Source: Octopus vulgaris
Taxonomy: Eukaryota
Direction of reading: 5' to 3'
DNA: 64,000 nt
NCBI GenBank assembly: GCA_951406725.2
Contig: OX597836.1
Span: forward strand, 10,726,001-10,790,000
Below, piece after piece: positions 29,791 through 44,058 of the stretch (the stretch's first letter is position 1; the number at the start of each line of letters is the position of its first letter). A program made the translations under genes and the position numbers. The notes under the pieces were generated by a model. The model worked only from the letters and a program-made list of their open reading frames with translations, was not told where the DNA came from and ran no database searches.

Positions 29791-29912
29791 CATACATTCG
29801 AACATATACACACATATATATATATATATACATTCACACATGAATATATTCAATTTCAACTTATTTCATTCAATATTGTATAAGAATCTCTCATTATTAA
29901 AAAAAATAAGAA
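29431..29912 (+). repeat. Tandem duplication spanning (TA)n
   Basis: TTCTAGAAACAATATCTA and TTATTTCATTCAATATT.TATAAGAATCTCT are each present twice. Confidence 0.8.
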
Positions 29913-30190
29913 TCTCCGCAAAACGAAATATTTTCAGCGAATGTATGATGTATCGATTGATATTTTCATCTGTGGATTCTTATTCATTTTGCGGCATGTC
30001 TCTGTGGATGAAACCAATTTCCAACTGCTAACCATTCTTTTAAGTAATATCTTCAATTTGTATATATTTATAATTAAAAAAAAAAACAAAGCAAAAACAG
30101 CAAAACGCCAAAAAAGATAAAAAAATCTCCCCCGCTTCCAAAAAAACACAAAAAACTGTGTAGGTTGTAGATTGGAGCAGTAGTAGTAGC

Positions 30191-30499
30191 AGTCAATTAA
30201 ATCGACCACAGTACGTAACTGGTACTTAATTTATCGACTGCAAAAGGATGAAAGGCAAAGTCAACCTCGGTGGAATTTGAACTTGGAACGTAGCACAAGA
30301 CAAAATACCCATTTTTTTACTACCCACAAGGGGATAAACACAAAGAGGACAAACAAGGACAGACAAACGGACCAAGTCGATTATATCGACTTCAGTGCAT
30401 AACTGGTACTTAATTTATCGACCCCGAAAGGATGAAAGGCAAAGTCGACCTCGGCGGAATTTGAAATCAGAACATAGCGACGGGCGAAATACCTATTTC
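30191..30499 (-). mobile_element. Headless SINE B multimer
   Basis: Junctions at ~30309/10 (degenerate) and 30493/94 (GAAATACC|TATTTC). Confidence 0.85.
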
Positions 30500-30501
30500 A
30501 A

Positions 30502-30690
30502 AAGGTAATGGCGAACTTCTGCTGACTCTTTCGCCACAAATTTCTCTCTCTTTCTTCCTACATCTAGCAGCTCACTTGCTACGGACCGGTGTCCCGTCCA
30601 GGTGGGGAACCTATACACCAATGAAACCGGGAAACCGGCCCTTATGAGCCAGGCATGGCTCGAGAAGGAACAAACAACAACAACAACACC
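30502..30690 (+). mobile_element. 5'-truncated SINE tail 3
   Basis: Matches 13066-13240 and has a CAA tail. Confidence 0.85.
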
Positions 30691-30725
30691 ACTTCTTAGC
30701 GTAACACGAAATATGTACGCACACA

Positions 30726-31065
<340 letters not shown>

Positions 31066-31379
31066 ATAAAAACAGTTACAGAGGATACGGAGACTGGTGT
31101 ATCTTAAAATTTTTCTTTTAATTTAGCAGTTAATTATGCCGTGTAATTAAACGTTAAATTAAAAACAAAAAAAAGATCGAAGATGTGACACCCTTCGTAT
31201 TCTTCGTAACTGTTTTGGATTTACACCCACGAAAAAATTTTATACTCCAGCGTAGCGAACCCGGATTTACCCAACGTAAGGATCAAAATGGAATTGTTCA
31301 CCCTAAGCGATCCATGATGCCCCTTAGAACTTAATATGATTAACTGAAACCTGGACAATACCTGGCTGGTCTTACGGCA

Positions 31380-31765
31380 CCCACATGGTTTCGGGTTCAG
31401 TCCCACTGCGTGGCACCTTGGGCAAGTGCCTTCTACTATAGCCTCGGGTCGACCAAAGCCTTGTGAGTGGATTTGGTTGACGGAAACTGAAAGAAGCCCG
31501 TCGTATATATATATGTATATATATATATATATATGCGTGTGTGTGTGTGTTGTGTGTGTGTGTATGTATATGTTTGTGTGTCTGTCTTTTTCCCCCCAAC
31601 ATCGCTTGACAACCGATGCTGGTGTGTTTACGTCCCCGTAACTTTGCGGTTCGGCCAGAGACCGATAGAATAAGTACTAGGCTTACAAAGAATAAGTCCT
31701 GGGGTCGATTTGCTCAACTAAAGGCGGTGCTTCAAATGACTGAAACGAGTAAAAGAGTAAAAGAG
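31380..31765 (+). mobile_element. SINE family A, slightly 5'-truncated
   Basis: Homology to the 7773 copy. Confidence 0.9.
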
Positions 31766-31821
31766 TATATGTATATATATTTTCATACACACACACATAC
31801 ATACATATATATACATACATG

Positions 31822-31862
<41 letters not shown>

Positions 31863-31882
31863 ATATATATATATATATAATA

Positions 31883-32185
31883 ACGTGATCACCGTGACCG
31901 ACCAGGCTATCAGCTGTTGTTACACATCGCTGGCCACAATGCACTTCGCATTGTTTTAGCCTTCAAATGACGCTACCTCCTGGCTAAGCGAGCAGGCCAA
32001 CAGAAGAAAGAGTGAGAGAAAGTTGTGGCGAAAGAGTACAGCAGGGAATCACCAGCCCCTGCCGGAGCCTCGTGGAGCTTTAGGTGTTTTCGCTCAATAA
32101 ACACTCACAACGCCCGGTCTGGGAATCGAAACCGCAATCCTACGACCGCGAGTCCGCTGCCCGAACCACTGGGCCATTGCGCCTC

Positions 32186-32186
<1 letters not shown>
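31883..32186 (-). mobile_element. SINE head C + tail 2
   Basis: Head C at 32186; tail ends GGTCGGTCACGGTGATCACG. Confidence 0.9.
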
Positions 32187-32226
<40 letters not shown>

Positions 32227-32923
32227 ATATATATATAGGTGTGTGTGAGTTTGTTTGTGTCGTGTGTGTATGTCTTTGCGTCTGTATTTGTCTCCACTAT
32301 CGCTTGCCAGCCAATGTTGGTTTGTTTGTGTCCTCGTAACTCGGCAGTTCGATAAGCCTTCTAGACGGCAACCCATTCAGATCGCAATGCAATGCCTAAA
32401 TCACGTAAAAGAAGACATACTTAACATTTAGCAGTATCTTATTCAGCTTGATAGCCATTACCTAAGACAGTTTGGGTGTGATTCGAGGCGGCCGCGGCTG
32501 CTATTTCTAGCAGAACAACCAAACTCTGTAACACAAGTTTCAACACTGTCTCAGAATGACTGAAAATTAGTTACAAAGAATGGTTACGACGTAATTCCAA
32601 GAAGCAAGATATTCCTCATAGATTAAGATTTAATTCCTTGAGATGCTTTCATTTTATAATCGGCAATGTAGCACAAAGAACATAGTTACTTTAGCACCAA
32701 TCTCATGAAATATGGATGGGAAATCAGAGAAAGGCAAATATTATACACCAGAGGGCTCTGCAATCAAAACAGCGCCTTGGAAAATTCCAAACTTCTGAAA
32801 TGAATCTCTATTCTTTTATATCACCTGCATAAAGTTATGATTTCATTGCTCTTTCGCCATACTTTTCCGAATATTGTTGAAGCGATCTATCAAAGAACTA
32901 CTTACGTAATCTCTCTCTCTCTT

Positions 32924-32954
<31 letters not shown>

Positions 32955-33202
32955 ACCTCTGTCTCTTTCTTACCCTCTCTCTATCTGTCTGTCTTTTTCC
33001 GTCACATGCAGTATGCATCAACATGGATATACGCATATAATAATATATGTATATTTATGTTGTATATGTATATATATATATAGGTAATGTATATGTATAT
33101 ACACACAGTTATCCCTCTCCATCACATATATGCTATCGTTCTCTCTACGTGTGTTAATAGAGATATACAAATACGTATATACATAAATACATATTTATAC
33201 AG

Positions 33203-33237
<35 letters not shown>

Positions 33238-33390
33238 TATATTCATTTGTGTGTGTATATAGTAGGTATGTGTAAGACGGAAAGAGAGAGAGAGAACGAC
33301 TCAAGTATTTATTTACTTAGATCTATCAAAAATATAAAAACATAAAAATATCAAACGAAAGTTTACACATGCCTGGTCACTAACATAATG

Positions 33391-33424
<34 letters not shown>

Positions 33425-33699
33425 TGTATGTATGTATGTATGTATGTATGTATGTATGTATATATGTAAGTATGTATGTATGTACCTATGTATGTATGTA
33501 TGTATGTATGTATGCATGTATGTATGTATATATGTGTGTGTGTATGTGTGTGTGTATGTGTATGTATATGTGCGTCTATACACATTTAGAAATATGTATG
33601 TGTATACACACACACACACACGCACATATATATATATATATGTCTACGCACATACATACACACGCAAACGCAAGTACGTATATACGTAATAATGTAGGA

Positions 33700-33758
<59 letters not shown>

Positions 33759-33931
33759 TAAATATATACATATGAATAAATACATATATAAATATATATA
33801 TATATGAATACATATATGTATATATATATATTTATGTGTATATATATGTATATAGATATATTGATATATAAATATTTATACACACACACACACACATATA
33901 TATATCTATATCTACGCCTACGTACAAACAC

Positions 33932-33980
<49 letters not shown>

Positions 33981-34499
33981 TATATATATATATATGTGTA
34001 GTGTATGTGTGTGTTTATGGAAGAGTATGACTCCTTCATTTTGTTAATTTCCCAAGCTGTATTTTAGATTAAATCTTGTATTCTGAGTCGAAACAAGACG
34101 GCGGCTTCGAGGGAATCGTAAATATTTTATGTAAAAGTAAAGCAAACGAAAATATGCCTAAATCAAGTGACTCCTTAAACTTCTCAGCCACAGGGTAGGT
34201 AATAAAGATAGATAAGGCGGGAGGAGAGGTGAGAGGAGGGAGCGGATTATATAGAGGGGATGAGAGTCTGGGAGGGAGGGAGGAAAGGAAATATGTGGTG
34301 GTGGTTGGCGAGGGAGAGGATAATGGGAGGAAACGAAAAGGATAGAGAGAGGAAGAGTAGTCAGAATAGAAGAGCAGAACTGAAAGAGAGAGAGAGAGAG
34401 AGAAAGAAAGAAAGAAAGAGAGAGGGGGAGAGAGAAAAAAGGGCGGCGTGAGAAGCAAAAGGTACAGGGGAAGTACTGGGAGACATCTTCTTACCTTTT

Positions 34500-35067
34500 A
34501 TCTCCTTACTTGTTGCAGTCATAAGACTGCGGCAATGCTGGAGCACCCCCCTTGAAGGAATTTAGTCGAATTTGGACGAACCGCTAGGTTACGGTGACGC
34601 CGACAAACCAACGCCGGTTGTTAAAGCGGTGGTGGGGAACGAGGCACATATATACATGCACACTTTTGTTCTTTTACCTGGACTGTTATTCTTTTATTGC
34701 GGCCTAGTTGGAGTACGGCCTTGAAGGGTTTTAGTCGTGCAAATCGACCGTAAAACATATTTCTTAAGCCTAGTAGTTAGTTATTCTAACGATCTTTTGC
34801 CGAACCGCTAAGTTACTTGCACGTAAACACACCAACACTGTTTGTCAAAGACGCACACACAAACACAGACAAACAAAGACATACACACACACACACATAT
34901 ATATATACATATACGAAGGGATTCTTTCAGTTTCCGTCTACCGAATCCACTCATAAGGCTTTGGTAGACTCGAGGCTATAGTAGGAGATACTTGCTCAAA
35001 TGCCACGTAATGGGACTGAACCTGGAAACATGTGGTTTGTAAGGAAGCTACTTACCACACAGCTACG

Positions 35068-35124
<57 letters not shown>

Positions 35125-35305
35125 ATTTGTGTGTGTGCGTGTGTGTATGTGTGTGTGTGTATGTGTGCAAGTGCGTATGCGTGTATATATATATATATGC
35201 ATTAGTCGGCCCGAGGCTATAGTAGAAGGCACTTACCCATGATGCCAAGAAGTGGGACTGAACCCGGAACTATGTGGCTGCGAAGCAAACGTCTTTACAC
35301 ACAGC
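34500..35305 (-). mobile_element. Cluster of SINE A copies and fragments
   Basis: Pieces at ~34500-34640, 34670-35069 and 35205-35305. Confidence 0.75.
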
Positions 35306-35711
35306 CAGAGAAGAAGAGAGAATGAGCGAAAGTGAGGAAGAGAGAGATACAGAAAGAGAGACAGAGAGAGAAAGAGAGAGAAAGAACGAGCGAGAGAGAA
35401 TAAGTGAAAGTGAGTTAGAGTGAGATAGATAGAAGGAGAGATAGATAGATAGAGTGAGAGAAATAGGGAGAGAAAAAGAGAGAGAGAGAGACAGAGAGAG
35501 AGCATTAACGTTTGCCAGAGATATATGGACAGGAAGACAAAAAAAAGAGGGAGAAGTGAGCCATGAGAAAAAGAATAATAAAGAATAAAAAAAAAGAAAA
35601 AGAAAAAGAGAGATATAAAGAGATGAAGAGCAAGGGCTGGAGAAAGAAGAGGATAAGGAGAGAATCACAGAAAAGAAAAAAACAACACAAACAAACATTA
35701 ATTGTTTAGAT

Positions 35712-35793
35712 TAGAGGTCGAGAAACCTCTTATATCATCGACCCCCTTCATGGGGGGTCGATATGGGGGTCGATGATAACTTAGCGACCTCTA
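35712..35793. other. ~82-nt imperfect hairpin in unique sequence
   Basis: TAGAGGTCG/CGACCTCTA outer stem and TATCATCGACCCCC/GGGGGTCGATGATA inner stem. Confidence 0.75.
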
Positions 35794-36152
35794 TCATGTA
35801 AATTTCTGAAATGAAATTAAAAAGCGTAATTAAGAAAAATTTTTGATTGAAAAACAATAAATCCGTTGTTATTTTGTGTCGTTAAGTATTTTTTTTTCTT
35901 TTATTAAGAAATGTTTAAAGAAATTTATTGAAAATAGCGAAAGAAATTGATAAAGAATTATCAAAATTCAGGGGCGTTTCTCTGCGGAACCGAACTTGTG
36001 GCTGTACGGTAAGAAACTGGCTTCCCGACAACATGGTAGAGAGTTCAGTTCCAGAACAATGAAAAAAGGGCAGTAAAAATTCTGTCCCATGTAATCGACT
36101 AGCCGCTTCCCTAAAATTTCAGCCCTTGTGTGTATAGCAGAAAGGATTACCA

Positions 36153-36197
<45 letters not shown>

Positions 36198-36199
<2 letters not shown>

Positions 36200-36667
36200 G
36201 AGTGAGAGAGCAGTACATGCCATCAAAGTGACACCGGGGTAAAATATACGAAGCCCAGTATACCCATCATGACTACCCGTCTGATAAGGGTACACCAGGC
36301 ACATGCATCACGACCATATGTGCGTGACATGGTGATCTCATATCAAGATAAACAGCACATGACTTTGCAGGTGGGGTCCAGTTAGAATTTTCTTCTGGTC
36401 CAGTAGCCCATCCTGCTCAAAAGGACTCTGAATAAGGATTGTTTAAGGATGTTGAATGAAACACCCATGTTTCCAAAGGTGAATAATTCAAACCCCAAAG
36501 AATCTCTCTCAACACATGGCTATGATGCTCCCCCACTACTTCTGCTCGTGATCAGAGATGCACATATTGTCAGCCACCAAGGGACATGCTCAACTGGTTA
36601 AGGTCAAACAACTGACAAGCAAATCTGTGGTATTGAGAAGAATATTTGCTGTAGCCCATCTTTTATA

Positions 36668-36669
<2 letters not shown>
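36198..36669 (-). mobile_element. Non-coding TAA-associated retroposon (copy 2)
   Basis: Homologous to 372-826; flanked by (TTA)n on both sides. Confidence 0.8.
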
Positions 36670-36703
<34 letters not shown>

Positions 36704-36715
36704 TACTACTACTAC

Positions 36716-36788
<73 letters not shown>

Positions 36789-37099
36789 GCCTTTGCACAG
36801 CTTCTAAGAGGGAGAGAAACCATGTATATTTGAAAGGGCGAGAGGCTGAGAAAACGGGGGATAAGAGGACGTAAAACATCGTGGTAGCAAAACTGACTTA
36901 AAGTGTAGACATGGTGATAAAGACGAAGAGAGAGAAAGAGAGAGAGAGAGAAAGTAGAGAGGGAGGGAGAGAGAGAGAACTGGAAACCTGGAGAAACAGT
37001 TTTTGTGGAAGGAGTAGTAAAAGGTGATGAAAAGATATAATGTTTATAACGGCAGTTTTATAGAAGTGTTTGTTGCAGTAGAATGTGTTATGGCATTTA

Positions 37100-37655
37100 G
37101 AAAGACAATGTAAAGGTGATTGATAAGGAAGAGGGAGAAAGAGAGGGGAAGGGGGAGAGATAGAGATGGAGAGAGAGAGAGAGAGAGAGAGGGAAAGATG
37201 AATTCAGATAGAAGGGGAGGGAGAGAGAGAGTGATTGAGAGATTGAGAGAGAGAGAGAGAGAGAAAGAGATTGAGCGAATTGGAGGGAGAGGGAGGGACA
37301 GAGCGAGTGAGGGGAGCGGAGGGAAATTGAAAGAGAGATTGAGTGAGAGGAAGGGAGAATGAATGATAGGAGAGGGAGATTGGTAGGGGAAGATTAATAA
37401 AGAAAAGAAAAGGAGGGTGGGAGGGAGATATATAGAGAGAAAGAGAGAGAGAGGGAGACTGAGAGAGAAAGACAGAAATTGTGTAAGATGGAAGGAGAGG
37501 GAGAGATAGAAGGAGGAAGAGGGAGAGTAGATCGAAAGGGAGATTGAGTGAGAGTGAGAGAGTGAGGGAGAGAGGGAGAGAGAGAGATTAATAGAGAGGA
37601 CGAAGGAGAGAGAGACTGAGAGAGAGAGAGAGAGGGAGGGAGAAGAGGAAGAGGT
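37100..37655. repeat. (GA)-rich polypurine tract
   Basis: Direct reading. Confidence 0.9.
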
Positions 37656-37769
37656 GAGTTGAATATTGAAATGTAAAGTGGGGCGGGTTGGAAACTGTTT
37701 GAATAGAAAGAAAAACAAAAGAAAAACAACAACAAAAACAGCAACAACAACGGCGAGACGACGATGATG

Positions 37770-37815
<46 letters not shown>

Positions 37816-38535
37816 TAATAATACATCAATGAATTATATGGAGTGGGGGAGAGGATAGAAGAATAAATACTTAATTATCGAGAACACAAAAATACAAGGA
37901 ACGTTAATAAAGCGAAAAAAAACCAAATAAAAATAAAAGCGAAACATAAAAAAACAATTCTTAAAATAAAGAGAATTCACGGTAATAAATGTAGAACAAT
38001 TGAATATAATAAAGTGAGGAGAATAAAAAAAAATGTTTTCGACGAAATAAAATAATAAGAAATAATATAAAAGTAAATTGAAAAATATTCGCTGCGAAAT
38101 AAAATAGAATATAACTTGATAAAATGAAGTGGAAAAGTTTGCAACATTCAAAAGATAAAAACAAATATTTATTGATGATATTATGAAAAAATATATATAT
38201 AACAAAAACAAAAAATAAACAAGATATACGGATAAATAGAAATTTGTAAGCGGTTCAAATATGCTTCAGGCATATTCGAACCCATATGATGGCGATTCGC
38301 TGTATTTTGTCACGAGGAAAAAATTCTTGCTGTAGACAGATAGATGTAAACACAGAGTCGGTTGGATGTTTGTATTTCGGTGAGGTTTTCTACTCTTCAG
38401 CAACAGACACTGAAGACGTTGACGCTACGAACTGACTCGCGAGACAGGTGACTCGTTCAATGGCTATTTTCGCTATTCAGCTGTTCGTGGTAAACGGAAT
38501 ATGGGGTGACAGCGCTAAGGATTGATGTGTATAAA

Positions 38536-38690
38536 TACAATAATCATTCGACTATCGCGGGTATTACGTTCCCAAGCTCCCATGTGAAATGTGAAAATCC
38601 GCGAAGTAGAAACAGTACTGTACTGTATATTTTTAAAACGTATTTTTTGTAATTTACATATATTTATTTCATTATAAATGCAAAACAACA
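38536..38690 (+). mobile_element. pogo/Tigger-like transposon end
   Basis: TA-CAATAATCATTCGACTATCGCGGGTATTACGTTCC...AAAATCCGCGAAGTAG resembles Tigger-type termini as I recall them. No matching right end found. Confidence 0.45.
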
Positions 38691-38968
38691 CCACGGAGTA
38701 ATCAACGTAACCTTAAATACTAAACTATTACGTAAAATTTCACTTGGAACTTTTGGCTGAACAGACGTTGAGAGCGAAGACGCATAGAAACAATTGTCAC
38801 CGTTCGTTAAAGATGCGTTAAAGTCTTTCTTTGCCTTTTTATTTGGTCTACATCCATCCATCCATCCATCCATCCATCCATCCATCCATCCATCCATCCA
38901 TCCATCCATCCATACATACATACATACATACATACAAATACATACATACATACATACACACATACATA

Positions 38969-39006
<38 letters not shown>

Positions 39007-39234
39007 ATAAATTAAAGAGAGTGATACTATTGAGAATCCAAATATAACCTAATATTATGTATACGATAAAAATTATAGAAAAAACCCCAAAAGGCCAGTG
39101 AATTGGATGTTTAACACCCCTTTGAAGGAACTCTTTTTTCAGTTTGTTACTTTATGTATGTATGTATGTATGTATGTATGTATGTATGTATGTATGTATG
39201 TATGTATGTATATATATATATGTATATGTATGCA

Positions 39235-39293
<59 letters not shown>

Positions 39294-39329
39294 GTTTGCT
39301 AAACTGGCAAAATGACCATTCCGAAATAT

Positions 39330-39368
<39 letters not shown>

Positions 39369-39399
39369 CATAAATATACATATCTTTTATCGTTTCTTT

Positions 39400-39604
39400 T
39401 ATATGTTTCAGTCATTTGACTTCGGTTGTGTTGAAGCACCGCATTGAACGGGTTTGTTCGAACAAATCGACCCTGGGACCTGTGATTTTTGGAATCGTAA
39501 TACTTGTTGTATAGGTCGGTTTTGTCCGAACCGTTAAATTACAGGAACGTAAACACATCACTCACCGGTATTCAAGCGCTGGTGATGGACTAACACACAC
39601 ACAC

Positions 39605-39667
<63 letters not shown>

Positions 39668-39800
39668 TATATATATATATATTAATTATATATATATTAT
39701 ATATATATATACATATATATACGACGGGCTTCTTTCAGTTTCCGTCTATCAAATCTACTCCCATGGCTATAGTAGAAGACACATGCCTAAGATGCTACGG
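39400..39800 (-). mobile_element. Diverged SINE A split by (TA)n
   Basis: GTTTCAGTCATTTGAC... and ACGACGGGCTTCTTTCAGTTTCCG segments. Confidence 0.75.
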
Positions 39801-39879
39801 AACCACTTTTGCATGAACAGGCGTTGAAAGTGGAGTTGGTAAAGAAACAATTGTTCATATTTACAATGAAAAATTTGGC

Positions 39880-40326
39880 AGTGACTTCAAGCTTTCAGCT
39901 TCCGCGCCATCATCAGTCTGAAAGCGGCGATCAAGACACTCATTTTTGTTATAAAAATCATTGAATATGTTCTCTACGAAAAAGTATTGCGCAATCAATT
40001 CTTATGTTTAATGTTAAATTGCTTTTATATATATTTATAACTTCGTATAAAAACAAACATCAATGCACACACATACACACTCACTTATATAGACACAAGC
40101 ACACATACATGTGTATGTATACACGTGTGTATATATATATACGTGTGTGTGTGTGTATGAATATTTTTCGATTCCCAATAGCTCGATATGATTGAAACAA
40201 TATAGTCATTTTACCTGGATCAAGTTTATTGGTTGCCCTCCTTATAGACACAGCGCGGTACCACACAGGTATATACGTACATATATATCCTCGCACATGA
40301 TACCTGATATCCTTTCTCTCTCTCTC

Positions 40327-40385
<59 letters not shown>

Positions 40386-40448
40386 GTCTCTGTGTGTTTT
40401 TGCGTTCTTGTCCCACTTTGTAATTTATATTTTATATTTAATTTCTAT

Positions 40449-40496
<48 letters not shown>

Positions 40497-40820
40497 ACAT
40501 ACATACATACACATATACATATATATATTCATACATATATATATATATACGTACCTACGCATACACACAGTCACATATATATGTGCATGTATACACAAAT
40601 ATACTTATGTCAGTTTGCGTATGTATGCACAGAAAAACATGACAAAAGCTTTCAGCTTCCGCGCCATCATCAGTCTGTATATACATGATTAAGACACTCA
40701 CATGCTTGTTATAAAAGATGGCGTCTATATGTTCTCATATGGAAAAAGTATTGCGCAATCAATTCTTATGTTTAATGTTAAATTGCTTTTATAGTATATT
40801 TATAATTCGTATAAAACGAC
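39880..40820 (-). mobile_element. Two ~170-bp direct repeats each with a hammerhead-like core (Penelope pLTR-like)
   Basis: 39889-40055 resembles 40646-40820. Minus strand reads CTGATGA-T-GGC-GCGGAA-GCT-GAAA-GCTT in both. Confidence 0.6.
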
Positions 40821-41015
40821 ATTGAACGTGAAGTTTGAAAGCAATTCATTATAGACGTCATTACATGCATACGCACATAAATACATACAAATGTATATAT
40901 GGACATGTGTATATATGTATATATGTATGTATGTATGTATATATATGCATATAAACATATGTACATATATACGTATACACACAAACACACGAGTATATGA
41001 ATATACATACATGCA

Positions 41016-41079
<64 letters not shown>

Positions 41080-41137
41080 TACATATATAATACACACCAC
41101 GCACACATAGATGCATAAATTCTATAAATTTGCGTGC

Positions 41138-41185
<48 letters not shown>

Positions 41186-41208
41186 GTATATTTATATTCA
41201 TGTTTCTA

Positions 41209-41243
<35 letters not shown>

Positions 41244-41327
41244 AATATAAGTCTATATATATTATATTAATATATATTGTATATACATATATGTATATAT
41301 CTAATAACACACACACACACACACACA

Positions 41328-41388
<61 letters not shown>

Positions 41389-41886
41389 TATATGTACATG
41401 TACAAACGCTCATATATACCACACACACTTATGCATATTCATATCAGATGTTGTACGTTAAAATATCTGCTTAAACATTAATAATGCTATATTATGCATG
41501 CATGAATGTGTAACGTGTTTTAAACATACTTTTATGTTTTCTCGCTGCTTGTCTACCATTTGTTTCTTCTATCTGCAATCAGATATGAAATAATGGATAT
41601 TTATATAAGTAGTCTCATGGAGAAGACCAGCTACTCATCATGGCCGTATTCAATACATATCGTGATATATGTTGGCTGCCACCTGCAGTTCTATCACCCA
41701 TTCTTAACCGTCCATGAAGTTTTGTGGCTAATAATGGTGGTACGAACTAGCAGTCTACGTGATAGTTTTCTACGATGCATCTTTCCCGATTGCTTGTTTA
41801 TTTTCTGCTAGATTAATCTGGATGAATTCATTGAGTCCATGGACATCGTCGTCCACTTTCGTCATTATAATACCATGGAATATAGC

Positions 41887-42186
41887 GGAGGCGCAATGGC
41901 CCAGTGGTTAGGGCAGCGGACTCGTGGTCGGAGGATCGCGTTGTGTGTGTTTATTGAGCGAAAACATCTAAAACCTCACGAGGCTCCAGCAGGGGGTGGT
42001 GGCGACTCCTGTTTTACTCTTTCGCCACAACTTTCTCTCACTCTTTCTTCCTGTTTCTTGAGTAACGCTGCGATGGACTGGCATCCCGTCCAGCTGGAGG
42101 GAACACATACGCCATAGAGACCGGGAAACCGGGGGCCCATGAGCCTGGCTAGGCTTGAAAAGGGCGCATAAATAATAATAAAAATA
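41887..42186 (+). mobile_element. SINE head C + tail 4 with ~15-bp TSD
   Basis: Tail GCTGCGATGGACTGGCATCCCGTCCAG (V-domain-like). TSD ATAATACCATG(G/A)AAT at 41867-41881 and 42187-42201. Confidence 0.88.
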
Positions 42187-42747
42187 ATAATACCATGAAA
42201 TCGTTTGTCGAAGATGGCGAACAACCTGCACAAATGTAGGGAACAAACGTATGTGCTGTGCATTAGCTTTAACCCATCGTGGGCTCGACGTTGCTTGAAC
42301 AGATACACAGCGTACCACAGATCAAGTGTGGGAATGATTCCAGAGCAATGTGTTTTGCTCAAGAACACGATGCACCAGCCGATCAAGGAATTGAAACCAC
42401 GATCGCAAAATCGAGAGTGCAACACCCAAACCACTAGACCACGAACTCTCACTCTATAATATAATAGCTATAATTCATGACAATCCCGCCTTATTTTCAT
42501 CCAGGACTACATTATACAATCTGTTCTGCATCTTTTAAGATGATAATTTACAACTTCATTCCAAGGAGAACTTGACTGTTATTTTTAGCTCTTACATCAA
42601 CCACTCAGAGAGTCCCACTTTACTTACTACATGTGCACTGACACATACACATACATATAAATACGCACACACACAAACACAGATACATACATACAAGCAC
42701 ACACGCATTCACGCAAACACACACACACACACACGCTGATATAGGTA

Positions 42748-44058
42748 CAAGGGGATACCCAAAAGTAACCGGAAACATTCACTGTAGAACAAGCCCTTTG
42801 TAGTTCAGGCTTCTGCCGCTAGAAGCCACTTGATGCGACCTTCGGGCTTCAGTCTACCGACCGATGTCATCCAATGAAGTCCTACTGCCACGTGGTGTGT
42901 CTTTGTTTAGCAATGCTTCTCCCCAGTTCGACGATGGCTGAAACGAAAGAACAGTGTGCTTCCCGTGAAATTCTGTTTTCTGCTGGGGCAAACGGCGGCC
43001 AAAACAGTTGTCATGCTTGAAACCGCTTACAAGGACGCTGCCATGAAGAAAACACAAGTTGACGAGTGGTTTTCATGATTTAGGAATGGTCACTTGTCGC
43101 TTGGAAATCAATCTCGTTCAGGGCAACCGTCGACTTCCCGAACGAATGAAAACATCACGAAAATTCATGATCTGATCTTGGAGGACCGTTGCCGAACAGT
43201 TGAAGAACTTATTGGTATGACTGGTGTATCCTGGAGCTCCTGCCAACAAATTCTGAGCGAGGAATTGCAAATGAAAAGACTTGCAGTACAATTTGTCTCG
43301 CTTCCTCGCAGAAGATCAAAAGCAGTCACGACAGTATTAGTGCAGTGAACCGAAAGAACAACTGGAAGTTGATCTGAACCTTTCTTCGAAGGTCACCACT
43401 GATGACGAAAGCTGGTGTTACGGCTACCACCCGGAAACGAAGCAGTAATGAAGTCAATGGAAGCATTCAGTGTCACCACGTCCCACAAAAGCGCGTCAAG
43501 TGAAGTCCAATGTCAAGACGACGCTTTGTTTCATCGACGACAAAGGAATTGTCCTCACAGGATCTGTTTCTCCTGGTCAAACTATCCAGACATTTTACTT
43601 CGGTGCTGAAGCGTTTCCGAGACGCGGTGAGACGAAAGCGGCCCGCTTCGTGGCAAAAGTGGAGAGTGGTGGTTTGATCACGACAGATCGTCTGCGCACA
43701 CCGCCTTGAATGTGAGACAGGTTTTGACACCCAAATGGCATGATCTCGCTTATTTCCCTCCCAATTCGCCCGATCTTGTTCCCTGCGACTGTTTTCTATT
43801 CATCCGAATGAAAAATGTAAAAAGCCCTTAAAGGAAAACGCTATGCAGATATGCAAGAGGTGAAGAAAAAAACGTCGGTGGCATTAAGAGGCATCACACT
43901 GCAAGGGTTCTAAGACCGTTTAAAACAGTGAAAAATGGAGAATACTTTGATAGCGATCGGTCAGTAGACTGATGCCTGGGGGTCGCATAAAGTGTAAAAA
44001 TGCAAAACTAACTGAATAAAATTTTGCAAAATTCCGGTTTCTTTTGGGTACGTCCTCG
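42748..44058 (+). mobile_element. Full-length (1.3 kb) decayed mariner transposon
   Basis: TIRs CAAGGGGATACCCAAAAGTAACCGGAA and TTCCGGTTTCTTTTGGGTACGTCCTCG; TA at 42746-47 and 44059-60. Confidence 0.92.
42934..43972 (+). pseudogene. mariner (DD34D-type) transposase pseudogene
   Basis: MAETKEQ..KFCFLLG..EWF..RSGQPSTS..ILSEELQMKR..TDDESWCYGYHPETK..NSPDLVPCDCFLF..LKGKRY..NGEYFD, with several stops and frameshifts. Confidence 0.9.

Noticed and set aside
32745-32760. CTCF-like motifs (ACACCAGAGGGCTC; also 27125-27143)
   Set aside because: These are single imperfect motif matches that cannot be supported without ChIP or conservation data.
38401-38447. Possible 47-nt exon (TTTTCTACTCTTCAG| ... CAG|GTGACT)
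   Set aside because: It is open in one frame only, the donor is weak, and there are no partner exons or homology. RNA-seq would be needed.
41600-41865. Possible decayed RTE 3' end on the minus strand
   Set aside because: The resemblance is vague and there is no clean motif.
41887-41960. tRNA genes at SINE heads (also 7773, 12942, 44665, 44894, 51913)
   Set aside because: A and B boxes are present, but there is no complete cloverleaf or acceptor stem, and each continues into a SINE body.
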